Positions 36,501-51,256 of a stretch of 64,000 nucleotides of DNA are shown here, piece by piece. Below the pieces are notes generated by a model. The model saw nothing but the letters and a program-made list of their open reading frames with translations. It was not told the DNA's origin and ran no database searches. Numbering within the stretch: position 1 is the stretch's first letter; every line of letters starts with the position of its first letter. Origin of the DNA: Lingula anatina (Eukaryota; Animalia; Brachiopoda); NCBI GenBank assembly GCA_051362555.1, contig CM120640.1, positions 32,941,967 to 33,005,966 on the forward strand. The letters are read 5' to 3'. A program made the position numbers and the translations under genes.

Positions 36501-39500
36501 GGCATCTGCTTTCACTTTCTTCATCTCTGCCTCCATTTGTTTCAGTTTGTTGTCTTTCTCAGCACTCTCCTTCTTCACTGCAGCATACTGCTCCTGCAGT
36601 TTCTTCAGCATTGCTTCTGACTTGCCATCTCCTGCCTTTCCCTGAGAAAATGCACAAATAACATATCCCTCAGATGTTACATTTTATGATTTTCCCAGTG
36701 TGAAGCACAAATGCACCAGTATATAAGGTTATTTGTTTTCTTGAACATATTTAATGTTTGGATATGTTATTAACATGATAAATGCATATTACATGGTTCA
36801 ATTAAAAATATGACAAATAAAATGTATTCGAATATTTTAAACAAGTTAGTATTAACCAGAGAATAAATTAAACTTACTCTTTCAGGTCTGCCAGCACCAG
36901 CACCAGCAGCACCAGCTGCGCCAGCTGCCTCAAGGGCACGTATCTTAAAAATAAATAAATAAATAAATAAATAATTAAATACCATTGGACTATGGTCCAA
37001 AGGTGTGATTATAAACTAGTTATTAATTACCCTACAAAAGTTATAAATTGTTATAGCCTTACAGCATCTATAGCAGGAAACTTGAAACAATGTATAATTG
37101 CACTTAGTCTATAAAAAGTTAATACTAGATTTTACCCATTAAAGGGAACCTTACAATAAAATAAGGATCGACAATACCTCAAAAAAACTTACCTTTTTCT
37201 GTAAAGCTGCAATTTTAGTCTTCTCTTCAGCAGCTCTTTTTTGCTCTTTGGCCTCAAACTGTTCTGAAAGCTTCTTTGTCTGAGCATCTTTTTCAGCCTT
37301 TATCTGTTTAAACTTGGCCTAGAATAATATGATAATTGTTGTAGATTCCAGGAGGATGGCAAGTGCATCAAATATGGCTAAAACTTAGTAACAGATTGTT
37401 GGCCTATCTATCTGAGATCTACAGTAGTTTTAATCAGTAGCAATATATTTCCACCATACCAGTTACATAATTTCTACCAGAGGTATTATCTACAGAATCC
37501 TTATATTAGTAGTGTCCCTTTTCATACCTTCTTCCAAATATTGAGATTTCTTCTGAAATTATCAGTGCACAAAATAATATCAAACCATACCTCTGACTGC
37601 TCAACTGCTGCTTTCTGTGATTCTAAACTTTTCTGTAAGTTACTTGCTTTCCCCTCAAGTTCTGCTACTTTATGCTTTGATGCTGTTGCCTCCTTGGCTT
37701 TGCCATCTCTTTCTTTCTCAAGTGCAGCCTAAAAGGAGTAAACCTCAATTAATTTGAGTCAATGTGAAAATTTTCTGGTATCTTCGTGAAGAAAAATTGT
37801 ACCTGAACATCATAAAAAAGGGAGCAACATATTACTATGGATGGGGGCTTTGTAACGTTCCTGGTGAATTTTTCAATGTACTTAAGAAATAAAGGATGTT
37901 CATGTTTATGACAGTACTCACTATTTTAGTCTTCAGTTTCTTAATTTCATTGGCTGTATTTATTGGTACATTTGCCAACTGCACCCTCTCCAGTTCATCA
38001 GCTCTAGTCTTGGATTCTGCCAGTGACTAGGAAAAAAATTAAAAGAAAAATTGGAATGGTGAAGTTGATTTCTTAAAATGACTGGTACTTAAAATTCTAA
38101 TCAATGATGTCCTTAATATCTATCTGATTTATGACCTGTTAGCTACATTTGGATAATGCGCTTTGTGTATTACATAAATTACTACATGTTGCTTGACTCC
38201 ACAAAACCAAATATATGTTCAACTACATGTATTTCACCTTTTCTTTTGCTTTGAGTTCTTCCTGTAGGGACTCTAAAGCCCCTTTCAGCTTCAAGTCTGA
38301 TTCTGATTTCTGAATCTCAGTTTCCTCCCTAAGATTTGCAATTTGTAGTTTCAGTGCCTCCAGTTCCTCTCTGGTGTTCTCATGTGCCGCTTGCTCCTCT
38401 CTCAGTGCAGCCTCAGCTTTGTCTAATTGGGCCTGCAACTCGGACATCTGGGCATTTTGGAGCTGAATATCACAAAATAATATAATTCTGTTAAAAAATT
38501 GCCTTTCTGATTTTTAAGGTTAGTTTTAATTTTAAGCAAATGCATACATTTGTTTATTTGTTAATATAAATGCTCTAAATTTGCACTGCTACTGAGCCTA
38601 AAATTGGTGTTTTTGGTGTAACTTCAAATTGTTACTACATGCACCCATTAACTGGCAAATTTTTGACACCCAATATGTAAATCCATTGTGTAGTAATAAT
38701 GTGCACAGTTTCCACTCCTGTACCTCAGCATCCACCTGTTCTGTATCAAGGTCAACCTCCACAGTATCTGTCTTCTGCATTGTTGTTACTGTAACTGCTG
38801 CTGGTTGGTCTACTGTCACTGTTGTTGGCAGGCCTGCTGTCACTGTGACGGCTGCTTTTGCAGCTGCCAACTCTTTTTCCAACTGCTGGATAGTTTCTGC
38901 CTTCTCCTTTAAAAAATTTCACCAGAAATAATGATAAAAGATGGTTATCTATTAGATGGAACATAAATTCAAGTCATACATATAATAGTATAGTAGATTG
39001 TTTGTTTGGTTGTTCTTTCTCATAAAAAATATTAATGAATATGGTCATGGACATGATATTAAAATGGTGGACATACCCATAGTCATATATGTTTCTTTTT
39101 TTTATGGCAAAAAGCATAAATTATTCAGTAAAACTTAAACTGCACATTTTAATTCAAATTGATTACAAGGAAGACTTGACTGTTACATTAAGTTCCAACT
39201 TACTTTGTCTTCCTCTTCCAGTGAAGAAACTTTTTCTTTCAGGGTGTCATTGTCAGATTCCAACTCAGATATTTTGTCTTCAAGCTCAGATATTTGCTGT
39301 TCCAGTTTCTCCAACTCTTCTTTTCCAACTCCTAAACAAAAAATAGAATGAATATAAAAAGAAAAGTAACAAATATAAATAACAGGAATTCACTTGGTTT
39401 TCAAAAAAAAAAAAAAAATTTATTTGTTACATTTTCGTCCTTAAATAACTTCTCCTAATCTTCAAATAAACTGCCCTCTAATCTTTTTACCCATAAAAAA

Positions 39501-42500
39501 AAGTACAGGAACAAAACCACCAATATCTGTAGCTACAATATCTAAGACACCGAATTGCATTCAAAGTAGAAATCATTCTGTTTAACAATAGCATTTTTAC
39601 CTGTAGCACTGCTTCCCATCATTGCTGCTGCAGGCTTCCATTTCTCAGGTATCACCCCAGTCTTCAACATGGCCAGTGCTGTGAGCTTCAGCTCTGCCTT
39701 GGTGACTTCCTCGCCTGACTTCTCAAGTTCAGCAAAAAGTTTTTGGGCATCAGCATCCCTAATTAACAAAATTTGAAACCATTTACATAGTGCAATGGAC
39801 TGAGATATTATAGGCATCTTAAAATGGTCAGTATTATTCAAATTGAAGAAAAGATCTCCCCCTACCCCACAAAAAATTATTCTGCATGTCTTTTTTTTTT
39901 AAATAATCACATAAATATTAGTAAATAACATAAATAAGGTGTCCTTCAAGTTTCTGCCTATTGCTAGTATTGTATGCCAGCATTTACTATTTTCAAATAT
40001 TGTTATGCTTATAATATAATATAATTATTTTACCTGTCTGCCTCCTCTGGTGCCTTCCCATTCTTTTCTGTATATTTCTTGGCCCAAGCCTCTGTATTCT
40101 GTTTACACTTATCATACTTTGTCATCACTTTTGGAGTCTCCTTTTCTGCTGCACCATGGTTGGTTTCCACTTTCTTAGCAGCAGCTGATACTTCAGCATG
40201 CACCAGTTTGGCCTAAAGAAAATTTTTTAAAAATGAGCATGCATGTCATATTTTTATTTACATAGAATTTTTGTGCCAAATTACTTTTTTTTGTTGGTAA
40301 AAAAAAAAATTTACAATACTGACCCAACACCGAAAAAAATCTGTTTACCATTTTCAAAGAAATTGTTTACACAGACACCATTTCAAGAGCTTATAAAATG
40401 TTTTCCAATTAAACACTGGCGATAACTGTTGTTCACCAAACATCCATGAAATAAATCAGTAGGATTATCACCTCATCAACCACAGCTTTTAGCAACAACT
40501 TCAGATTCTGAGAATCCTGGTCAGACTTCTTCCCTGCCTCCTGCTTGGCCATGGCTTTGATCACTTTCTTCATGTCTCTCTCCATGGTTTTCTTTTCTCT
40601 TTCCTTTTCTTTCATCTGGTGGTCATGTTCCTAGAAATTGTGAACCAATAAATTAAAATGTGTTATTGGATAACTCTCATTAAAATTGATGACGTTCACT
40701 AGAATAATTATAAAGTCTGGAATAAATGAAAGCCAAAAGATCAAAATCAAGTCAATTTACTTGTTTTACAATGTGTTCACTTCAGAGGTAGCCCAAGGAT
40801 ATATACTTACCTTCTCTTTCTCTTTTAACTGTTTCTCTAGTTCCTTAATGTTGTTCTCCAGATCTGCCTTCAGCTGTGCATGAACAGTGGCATCAATACC
40901 CCCAGAACTAGTACTGCCTGCACTGACCTGAACACAAAACATCTCTCTGAGAAACGTGTTTCAAGAAAATTTCCAAGAAAAGTTCAAAACACTATGCCAA
41001 TTTACACCTTGCACAAGAGAGACATTATTTCACTTAATAAGCAATTTTAAAAAAATATGAAAGTGTTCACAAATTAATTGTATTCAAGCATTATAAAGCA
41101 CCATTTCCCCTGACAAGTAAGACAATTCTTCAAAGCAATAGTTCTAATTACCTAAACATATAAATGTTAAACTTTAAATGCAAGCAATCATTAAGAGTTC
41201 ACTCTGGTACCTCTGCTGTGACAGCTCCAGAGACTGCCGCTGCAGCTAAAGCTGCCTTCAGCTGCTCCAGTAGTCCAGACTTCTCTGCCTCCACTGTAGA
41301 CAGGGAGGCACTCTTTGCCAACACTTCAGCCTGCAGCCCTGATATCTCTCCCTGTAACTTGCTGTTTGTTTCTTGGAGAGCAGCGATCTGTTTGTGCAGG
41401 TCTGCAAGCTCTGCCTGTGTCTTTTCTAGCTCTGCAACTACCTCTGGGTCCTGTACCTTGATCTACATGTGGACATTTAGAAAATGTTAAAATTGATTTA
41501 CTTGACCAAAACATTATTCTGTTTTCTTACAACACAGCACACAATACAGATTGGCACATAAAATGTATGATTGGCAGAAGAAACAAATCCACTTAAAAAT
41601 ATTTCACAAATAAGAAACAGAATATTTACTTCTACGGTCTTAATTTCTGGCTCAACCACTGTCACTGGTTTGGGCTCAACTTTGGGTGCTTCTGGAACCT
41701 TGCCCTCTTTCAGCTGTTCTAAGGTTGTGATTTTGGTATCTAACTTGTGAACCATACCATCTGTTTCTTCTTTCATCACATAAAATTCCTTGATTGAATC
41801 CGTTCTAAAATGTAATTGTAATTTCTCACATCATTTACAGGTCTTTTTTGAATTTTCTCTTTTCCTGAGATGATTTAAATTTTTTGTCAATATTAGATTC
41901 AGAATAAAAGTTAATTATAAAAAATAAAGACAATTTAATGAATTCAGCTTCCTTTCAACTAAACAAACCTGCAGAATACTAAATGTTAAAAGTCTTTTTT
42001 TATCAACATGCATTGTAGCTGTCAGCATTTGAAACGCAAAGAAATCAACAGTTCAGTAATGAGCCAATGTGATTAAAAGAAAAAAAGGCCCAATACTGTA
42101 AATAATAATTATATAGTAAAGAGACCTGTCCTCCTCTTTTGGCTCTCTGCCATTTTGCTGTTTAAAGTCCTCCTCCCATTTCTTGATGTCATTTTCAAGG
42201 TTTTTACTTTCCTCCATCATTATGATTCTTTCTGACTCTACTTTCTTAATATTTTCCTGAAGAAAAGGAATATAATACTTGATATTGAATTACTGACAGG
42301 ATGCAAACAATAAATAAATAAATATTTCAAGAAATTGTCAATAATTGAAATTCTAAACCCCCAGAAAAATGTTTTTAAATACTGATTTCTAGAAACATAT
42401 TCAAAGAAATAATGGCATCTCAAAAACAACTCTTTCATAGCTGCATGTCCTACTCAATATTGCAGACCTCAGAAAAAGATGAACCAACACTCCATTACAT

Positions 42501-45500
42501 ATGCTTTCATTTTAAATATATTTCTAAAAATCCAACAAGCATGAAATAAAATGTCTCACCTCGGCCTTTTTCTTGTCTTCCTCACTTGACACTGTCACTG
42601 CTGCAGCTACTACTGTAAACTGTGTCTGAAGTGCTTCGTAATTAGCTCTCAATTCAGCAACATCACCAAGCTGAGCCTTTAGAGAGTCATACTTAGCCTG
42701 CACTTCCAACAGTTCCTATAATAAAAATAAAAATAAATAGATTCAGTGTGAATAGGTAACATTCCGTGGATGAATAATAAATTATATGTGAAAAATATTT
42801 TGCACGAAGTTAACTTAGTTGTACAGTGAAATTAAAGAGAACATTTTAAAAATGAAATGAGTTTGTCATTGTTAAACTTTACCTACTAAAAGGATACACC
42901 TTACATGTAATGTTGAACCTAATTTCAGACTTTGATAAGTGGCTGTTTGTTTTAGTAAAACTACTTTCTACATATAATCCTTCATCCCAAATAACGAGAG
43001 ACTCACTCGCTGAACATTGGTCAAATCTTGCACAAGTTTATTTCTCTCTTCATGGAATTTCTTTCTGTCTTCTTGGAACTCCTCTCTTTCTTTGTTGGTC
43101 CTTTCTCTTTCTTCTGCCATCTTGTTTCTTTCTTCTGCCATCTTGTTTCTTTCTTCTTCCATTCTCAAACGTTCTTCCTCAGACATGTCTTTGACCACCA
43201 CCTTGGTTGCTGTGACAGCAGAGGGAACAGGAGCACTGGTCACCACAGTATCTGTAGCAGGTTTTGATTCAACATGCACTGCCTGAAAGCAAAAAAAAAA
43301 AAAGTTAAAAACATAATTTCTTTTTACTGATAAATTTGAAATGTCTTATTAAGATGTTTTATATTATACCTATAATTAAAAAAAACTCAAATATTATACA
43401 AATATTATAATTATAATCATCCATCTCATTAGATTATAAAAATTCTACTAAATTGTTTCTAATTTTAAGTGCATTCCAAACATTGTGAAGTAATTGGAAA
43501 GCCTACCATTGTCTTGTGTTCTTCTTCCTTAATAGTTGTAGCCACTATGGCCACTCCTGCAGCTGCAGCTTGAGCACGGGCATTCTCTAATTCCTCATGC
43601 ATCTTCTTCAATTCTTCCTCCAACTTGATTACCTTATCTTTTTCATGTTGAAGTGCTTCATTGAGAACCTAAGGAACATTTAAAAAAATGACTTTACAAA
43701 AAAGGTTTACTTTGTTAAAATCCTTTTAATGTTCAAAAAAATATAGTGCTTCTTCAATGTCATAGCTAGCCAACACTGTTTTTTTCTAGTTTAAATAAGG
43801 ACACAACACAGATAACGTGTAACAGCAATTTGAAAAGAATGTCATCAGGTTTTACACATTAAATTATTTTTATAAAATGTTAAATCATTTAAAATATCTG
43901 AGATAGTTTTATTTAAAATGGGCTCATTATTACCTTTCTTTCCTCCTCCTCTTTTAAACGAAGTTCTTCATATTTCTTTGAAAACTCTTCATCTTTCTGA
44001 GCCAAAACAACATGCATTTCTTCTCCATGCATCTTCTTGAGTGCTTCAATTTCTTCCAGGTATTTCTTTTCCTTTTCTGCAAACTGTACTCTCTCATCTT
44101 CAAGTGTCTTGTTAGCTATAAGTAAAAATTTTTGTTAATTACAAGAAATAAAAAATACAATAAAAAGAATTAAAAGAATACCTTGAACTGAGGAAGCAAA
44201 AACCAAGTTTTTGAAGCAATTATACAATAAGATTATGTTAATATGGTACTTGCAAGAAACTGTACTGGAAAAAGTTACAATCACAGAAGTAATCAATTTT
44301 ACCTTTTGACAATGCAATGCCAGCTTCATCCAATTTGTGAGTAAACTCAACCGTTATTTCATCCTAGAAATGTCACAAAATTAAAGAAGAATAGATTGGC
44401 TCATAACATGCTCAGTTTTAAAACAGATGCAACTGAAATCATGTAGGACAAAGCATAAAACTGTTTTTTTTTTTTTACTTATATTTAAAAAAGGAATGTG
44501 CTTCTTAAATGCACAAGCTTGTTTTTTTTTGTAACTACTCACATATACTATGTTTTATTTATTTTTAATATCTCAGCTTTTCTATGCTTTCAGTAACATT
44601 GCCTTTACTTTTCAACCATCAATATCATAAAACTGAAATGATATATTACTTTTTCTTTCTCCAGCTGGTCCACTTCTATTTTGTTTTTTATGAGCAGTGC
44701 TCTCTTGTCTCGCAACAATTCATTGTTACGCTTGGACAGACTCTGAAATGAAGGCCAGCTTACAATTAACATAAATTTAATATCAACCACATTGTCTACA
44801 CAAGCTATAGATGTTATAAATTTTAAAAACATTATAAATAGATTTTTTTACTTTTTAATATCTGCATATTAAGATCACTTTTGACTTCTACCCAATTCTA
44901 CCCAAAGCTTACACAGATATAAAGCATACACATCTCTTTTAAAGACTGTTCAATAAAAATGACCATAAACACCAAGAATCTAATCAAACTTACTGCTAAC
45001 ATGCTATCCCAGTAGAGCTGTTTCTGACTGAGTTCTTCCCTGTGCACATTGATTACATGGCGAAATGTGCTGACCTTCTCAGCATACTGATGACGTAGGT
45101 TGAGGACAAACAGGTTAAACTGGCCCTAGAAATAAAATATAATACTTGTGACAAATATTAATTTCATAGGGGTATGGTGTCATCTGGTTCCATATAACAT
45201 TCTTACTTGAAATAACACTATCAGTTTATAGCAGGTTGGTTAGTTGATATTATAAAACACACCTATTTACTGAAAATATGGAAGCAATGATAAGAAAATA
45301 AATCTGGTCCAATATAACATTCTTACTTGTAATACCACTACCAGTTTATAGTTGAGATTATAAAACACACCAAAATGCGGAAACAATGATAAGAAAATAA
45401 ATGCCCTCACCTGGGTTTCATTTTCAATGTCTTTGTAAGCATCCTGGATTTGCTGCACAATCAAGATATGACTTCCTTTCATTTTCTTCATGTCGTCTAC

Positions 45501-47183
45501 AATCTTTGCAATACAATTCCGCGCCTGCAGGTATGGAATATAAGCTTGCTGTTCCCCGTGTAGCTCTGGTGGCGCAAGCATAGGGGAGGATGTACGGGAT
45601 GTGATACTTTGTGTATCCGCATTATCTCCACCGATGTCTCCGATTCTGTTCTCTGCTTTGGCCTCAGACACACTGATAATGCTTGGACCTAAGAAAGGAT
45701 AAAAGAAGCTAAAGGCCAAGACCTAACAGAACCTGCCAGAAATGGTATGCAAAATGTTATGCAAAAATGGTATGCAAAATATTAGAAGATAAAGATTGAG
45801 GAGAAAGTTAAGTCTATACCCCAAAGGAGTGCTTGGCTGTGTTAAAGGTAATAATCCATGAGTACAGCTACAGTGTGTACAGAACAACTGTGTACAACTG
45901 ATTTGTTTATAGAGCTAGAAATTTATAGTGATGGTGTGTGAGAAAAAGTATTTCCTAGGCTTATGTTAAGATGTAAAATGCTCATCAATTACTTCAATAT
46001 TTCCTCTACTTAAAGAAACTACAAAATATTAATTTGATGTACATGACTTTGTTACTGGTCTGGTGAAAATTGATCATTTACCTAAATTAAGAAATCACAT
46101 TACAGTAAACCCAGAAATTATTGTTAAAAACATAAAAATGAGTAATTGTGTCCAGGTAAGTATAGATTTGTTGTTGTTGTTGTGACCTAATCCAACTCAC
46201 CAGGAGACTTCGTGTGTCTTTGTGAAGCAGCTGACTGTGGTCTGGATTCTGTAGCACCTCCAGAGGATGGGCGGACTATGGGCTCTTCATTCTCATCAAT
46301 CCAAGCATCTAAAATTTAACAAATCTGGTATGTTTCATGGCTTTAATGTTGACTGTAGTGCACCATCTTGTTTATCTTACTTTTGTAATGCTCACAATGA
46401 GAAATAAATACTTTCAATTCACTATAGAGAAATTCATAGCAAAAAATAAAGAGGCATACCTTTTGCAGTATGGGAAGACTTCATAGAGACCATGCTTCCC
46501 ATCTGAGAAGCTTGCTCATCATCTATGGGTTGAACTACATTCTTATTCAAAAATGGCAGTGGTGACTTGCGTGCGCTGGCTACACTGGCTGGACGTGTTT
46601 CTGTCTCCAGGCTTGGACTTCTTTTACCTGGAGTACCTCTTGCTGAAGGAGGGTTAAGGTTCTGACTAGAGGTACCAGGCTCAGGAGTCTTTTCATTCTC
46701 TTCCTCGTCTCCTTTCTGAAATGACAGGCATTGTATTTCAAAAATAAATACAACAGAGATAAAGATGACCATAGCCCCATGTTCAAAATGGCCCTCACTG
46801 ATGTACGTGTGTTCATATGTTGAAAGTATGCTGAGATGAAAATCTCACAACTCATATAAGTCATATTTAATTCATAAAAGTCATATTTAAGTGTAAACAT
46901 ATAACAAGAAATCAAAATATACTGATTTAATGAAGTGGATCATTATAAAAAGTAAGTGCTCAAAGAACTTACCAAGTACAATTTCTGTTTAACTCACCTC
47001 TTTCTCGCTGTCAATCTGATTGCTTTCAACAGCTTCCTTCACAGATATAACACTTCCTTTCTGTGGAACACTGCCACCTGAGTTCCCCTCATCTTCCCCT
47101 GGTTTCTCATATGTACCAGGCAATGAAGGGTCATCTAAAGGATTTTTAAATATTTCACTTTAAGTCTATAATATACATTTTTG

Positions 47184-47221
<38 letters not shown>

Positions 47222-47564
47222 CACATGCACACACTTACTTTCACCTCAAGGTATGACATAATAATTCAAGATGCTATTTTATGAAATACCATAAAAAAGC
47301 AGAATCTTGAAGCATTTTGTAATATTTAACTATGAAATGACTATATAGAGAGTACATAAATCAATTGTCTTAATATAAATCCTTTTACAAATTGCAGTTT
47401 ATCTTAGTCTTTTATAGTATATTTGTAGGAACCTGTATTTCCATGAAATTGTTCAAAACATTAGATCAAATTTAATTAAAAACAATACCTTTCAAGCCTT
47501 TGTAAGTAGGAGTTTCTGGCTTGACTCTAACATTTCTTCTTTTAATCTTTTCTCTAGTTGCCAT
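31727..47564 (-). CDS. Kinesin-14 with C-terminal motor and calmodulin-binding helix (Kinesin-C / KCBP-like), long coiled-coil tail, ~38 coding exons
   Basis: ATG 47564 ([10 protein letters not shown]). Neck [27 protein letters not shown] (~35500-35217), P-loop YGQTGSGKT (33976-33813), SSRSH (32928-32836), DLAGSE (32652-32584) and IPYRNNKLT (32390-32188). The C-terminus [24 protein letters not shown] resembles the KCBP CaM-binding helix plus acidic coil. A non-coding first exon has its donor at ~48392. Confidence 0.9.
43110..43160 (-). repeat. 21-bp coding tandem repeat (EERNKMA heptads) in the kinesin tail
   Basis: TTCTTCTGCCATCTTGTTTCT repeated, giving [20 protein letters not shown]. Confidence 0.85.
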
Positions 47565-48389
47565 CTATGACTGGTTAATTCCTGGCCAGCAGGAATATTG
47601 ATCTAAAACAAAAACAGTTTCATGTAATATAGATATTGAATTAATGACTTTGTTTGATGTGATTTCTACATATAAAAAATACATGCATTTGTATGTACAT
47701 GTATTTTGGACCACTACTGTAACAGTTAAATGCAAATTCATTTACTGGACAGCTTGTAACTTTTACGAATGTGTTCATAGACGAACAATTACTGGCACTA
47801 TTAAAAGCATATTAAATGCGGTATTGCCAGTAAAGCTACTTCTAGCACTTGCAATACCAGTACTACTACTAGTACTACTCTAGTGGAATTATAAACGTAA
47901 CAAGCAATAATGAACTGTTTAATTTTCTTATGGGTGCTCAAGACGTAGATATGCTTAGAATGGTTATGTGTTTTGTAAATAGATGCTTCCAACAAAGGGA
48001 ACAGGCCTTCTCTTAATACATTGTACTCTTTCTTGTGTATGTATTCAAATTAATCACCTATAGATTATCATTATACATTTTATATATATATATTTTTATA
48101 AACTAATTTATTGGTATTATTATACATGTAAACATTAAAATCATGTATATTTATTCATTTACTTGTTTGTGTTGTTATAGTTAGATGTACTGTCTTTGAT
48201 TGTACCTTATTTGTGAAGGTGTATCAATAAAGAATCTGTAATCTGTAACGCCGAGCACCTTGCAATAAAATAAAATATCCGTCGTGTAAAATCCACATCA
48301 ATAAACTAAATGTACGAAAGCGTAATGTTTGCTAATTCAATATGTTAAATATAGTAAGTCTGAGAACCACAAAACTGCGATAATCAACT

Positions 48390-48555
48390 CACCACAGACG
48401 AAAAATAACGATAGCTAAAATGTCCATTTACGCCTCCATCTTGATTATCTTGTTGACATTGTTGTAGCGACACTAAAGCAAATGACGTATTACACACATT
48501 CCGATGACGTTTATAGAAGCCGTCTGCAGCGGGATGCATGAATGATCAAAGAAGT
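48390..48555. promoter_or_regulatory. Bidirectional promoter between the kinesin (-) and INCA1-like (+) genes
   Basis: CpG-enriched. Minus-strand donor GTGAGT at ~48392 and plus-strand donor GTATGG at ~48554. Two TGACGT (CRE-like) sites at 48483 and 48505. Confidence 0.55.
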
Positions 48556-50314
48556 ATGGTTTTGATGAGAAATTTAGCTCTAAAGTTATTATTCATTGAA
48601 TATTTGCAATATCACACCAAGCAAATTAAAAGTGCAAGAATTGAAATAAATGCCCAAGTGTGAAACATATTGAAAAGTAGCTTAAATAGTGTTTAGATGG
48701 TTTTGGATGGGTACATCCAATCTTAGAATGCCTTATCTATTTTGTTTATATGTGCCTTAATACAGTTACTCTAACACTGTAGTAGATATAAAATCAATAG
48801 ATAGTACTTGGAACTGGCAATTTGAATTTATTCAACCTTTATGTATGATATTATATTCAGATCCTCTGCCTCTGAGGGTAGGATCAAACAAAAAACTGTA
48901 AATCTCCTCCCAACTTCTTGGCTTCCTAAAAGGCTAATATTATGCTAGGATTTTGTCGCTGTTATGTTGAGTCCTAGTCTTTTAGAAGGATGACCACTTT
49001 GTCTGCCATTATGATTAATTTAACTTTAAGTACAAGCAGATATTTAAAAATGAATTGGTTTACTACCTTTAGCACATGTACTAAAACATGTAAAGGTTAT
49101 AAAAAGGTATCTAATTTAGGATTTCCTGCCATATTGAATTTTCCTTGAAAAATAAAAGTAATTTACCCTACTCATAAGTTGCACTTTCTATTTGACTGTT
49201 ACTGACTGCGCTGTATGTGGATGTTGTTGCCAGAATCGTTCAGATTTACAGAATAGTTATAGACTATGTTTGAAAAAATTAGTTTTATCTCATTAAAAAA
49301 TACAATCAAATGATATAGAATAAATTTTCTTTAAACTTTATAGTACATGTAACTATTCTTCTTGTAATAAAACTTGTACTTTTTGAAATTCTAATGTTAT
49401 ATTTGTTTCAAGGTCACTCATTTTACTTAAAAACTTTTTGCATTTCAGAATTTTTCAGATATAACTTTTAATATATTGGTTTGGGAAAAGAATAGGTTAT
49501 TTGTGTTTGGACTTCACTGGTACATTTAACTTTTTAAAATCCACCAAGAATATCTAATATCTTTCATTGGTTTCAGAGTATCGAATCGTGTTATAAATGA
49601 CAAATAACAAGGCTGTAAATAAGTGTATTTTTAACACCTAAACAAGATGAAAGGGATCAAATATATTTGTTGGTGACAAAATTCTAGGTAAATATAAAAA
49701 ATAAGGCAAAATTTGAACAATATTGACTTGACATTGGATTGCATAAATTGATTTAATCTTTTTTAATACTTGCATGATTTATTGTAATTTCTGTCAGTTT
49801 TTCTTCACTTTTTCAGTATCATGCAAATAAGTTCCATGCAGGAAAAAAGGATCGATTGCAGCAGACACACTCATTTGAATAAATACAAAATCCAATTTTT
49901 GGGAAATCTGCCACATTATGGTTTTCCTCTCTGAGGCATCCATGCTACATTGTTATACTGTCTGCAAATGTATAGATCTCTCATAATGTTGAAATATTAC
50001 AGATATTATAATTCTGGCAAGTTTAACCAGAGGATACTTTGAACCATTGATAAAAATGCTTTCTTCGGCAATTAAGACATGCATTAATTATCATCTGTGA
50101 TGCAAATAACAGTATTATTCACATCTTACTGGCAGGAAAACAGCTGACTGTAAAGATTGGGAAATTTGAGACTTATTGAACCACACTGATTTCATCAACC
50201 TCATTCTGACCACGTGAATGTACAATGCTTGGGCTTGAAGATTCACTACAGTGCACTGGAGAGAGGAATTACGGAGGGAGCTCTAATATCCAAATGTATA
50301 TCTGAAGGTATCCA

Positions 50315-50422
50315 ATGGTGATTACACCAAATTTGGTGATATTTGGAGTGATTATTGCTGTGGTTGTTTTGACAGTGTACTGCATAGTTTGTCTTTGCTT
50401 CTGCATAGGAGAAGAAGAGTGA
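50315..50422 (+). CDS. Candidate 35-aa single-TM micropeptide / uORF
   Basis: MVITPNLVIFGVIIAVVVLTVYCIVCLCFCIGEEE*: a hydrophobic span of more than 20 residues with juxtamembrane cysteines. Confidence 0.35.
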   Translation: MVITPNLVIFGVIIAVVVLTVYCIVCLCFCIGEEE

Positions 50423-50960
50423 CACCTCGCATGGATGTTTATATATATGTGGTCAAATGTTCATATTTGTTACTGAGCCTGATTGGAGTGAACTTTCACC
50501 CACACTGATTTATGGGACAACTGTAACAATTAGCTTTTTGTCTTTTATTGCTGTTGATACTTCTTTAGAAATTTGGATGTTTATATGCATTTTGATGGGG
50601 AACTTAGACTTGACTAATAGATATGACTGAATTACAAGTATTAATTTTGGCCCTCAATACTGCATGGAGGATCTAACTTGTAAACATTGTCTTCTAATCA
50701 AGTTGAACAGTTTTCCTTTGCACAACTCACTTGGATATCAATAAATGCTAGGGCTCCTAAGGTCTCGATGGATTTCTATGAAACAGAAAACAAAAACTGC
50801 TTATAGGAACAAGTAGAATTAATGGACCTTAACCTACTGTATTATTAGTCAAACCTTGGCCTTGTCAGGCAGAACAGCACTGTTTGTTATGGCTTGAAGA
50901 CGTTTTGTGGATGTACATGTATGGGTTACAACTTGGGAAAGTTTGCAGTTGGATAGACAG

Positions 50961-51161
50961 ATGTCAATGGATGGTGAATTTGCAGCAGTAGCATACACTG
51001 CTTTAGTTGTACTGGTATTTGTGACTTGTGCTAGCTATCTTTTGTGCTTATATCGTTTAAGAGAGAGACATGTTATGGATACTTCAAGATTTGTGATGAA
51101 GTTACAGCTGAAGGAATACAAAGTTGCTAAACGCCAACATAATCAAGAGTTTCTTGTTTGA
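50961..51161 (+). CDS. Candidate 66-aa single-TM small protein / uORF
   Basis: MSMDGEFAAVAYTALVVLVFVTCASYLLCLYRLRERH...QEFLV*: acidic N-terminus, TM helix and a positive-inside RLRER motif. Confidence 0.45.
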   Translation: MSMDGEFAAVAYTALVVLVFVTCASYLLCLYRLRERHVMDTSRFVMKLQLKEYKVAKRQHNQEFLV

Positions 51162-51256
51162 AGAATTTTAGGGATAGACAGGTCACAGAAAAATATTTGC
51201 AATCATATACATAGATAGCAACAGTTACAGATACTTCCAGTAAAGAAAATATTTAA

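Noticed and set aside
45183-45401. ~120-bp imperfect tandem duplication in a kinesin intron
   Set aside because: Ordinary local intronic duplication with no duplicated exon.
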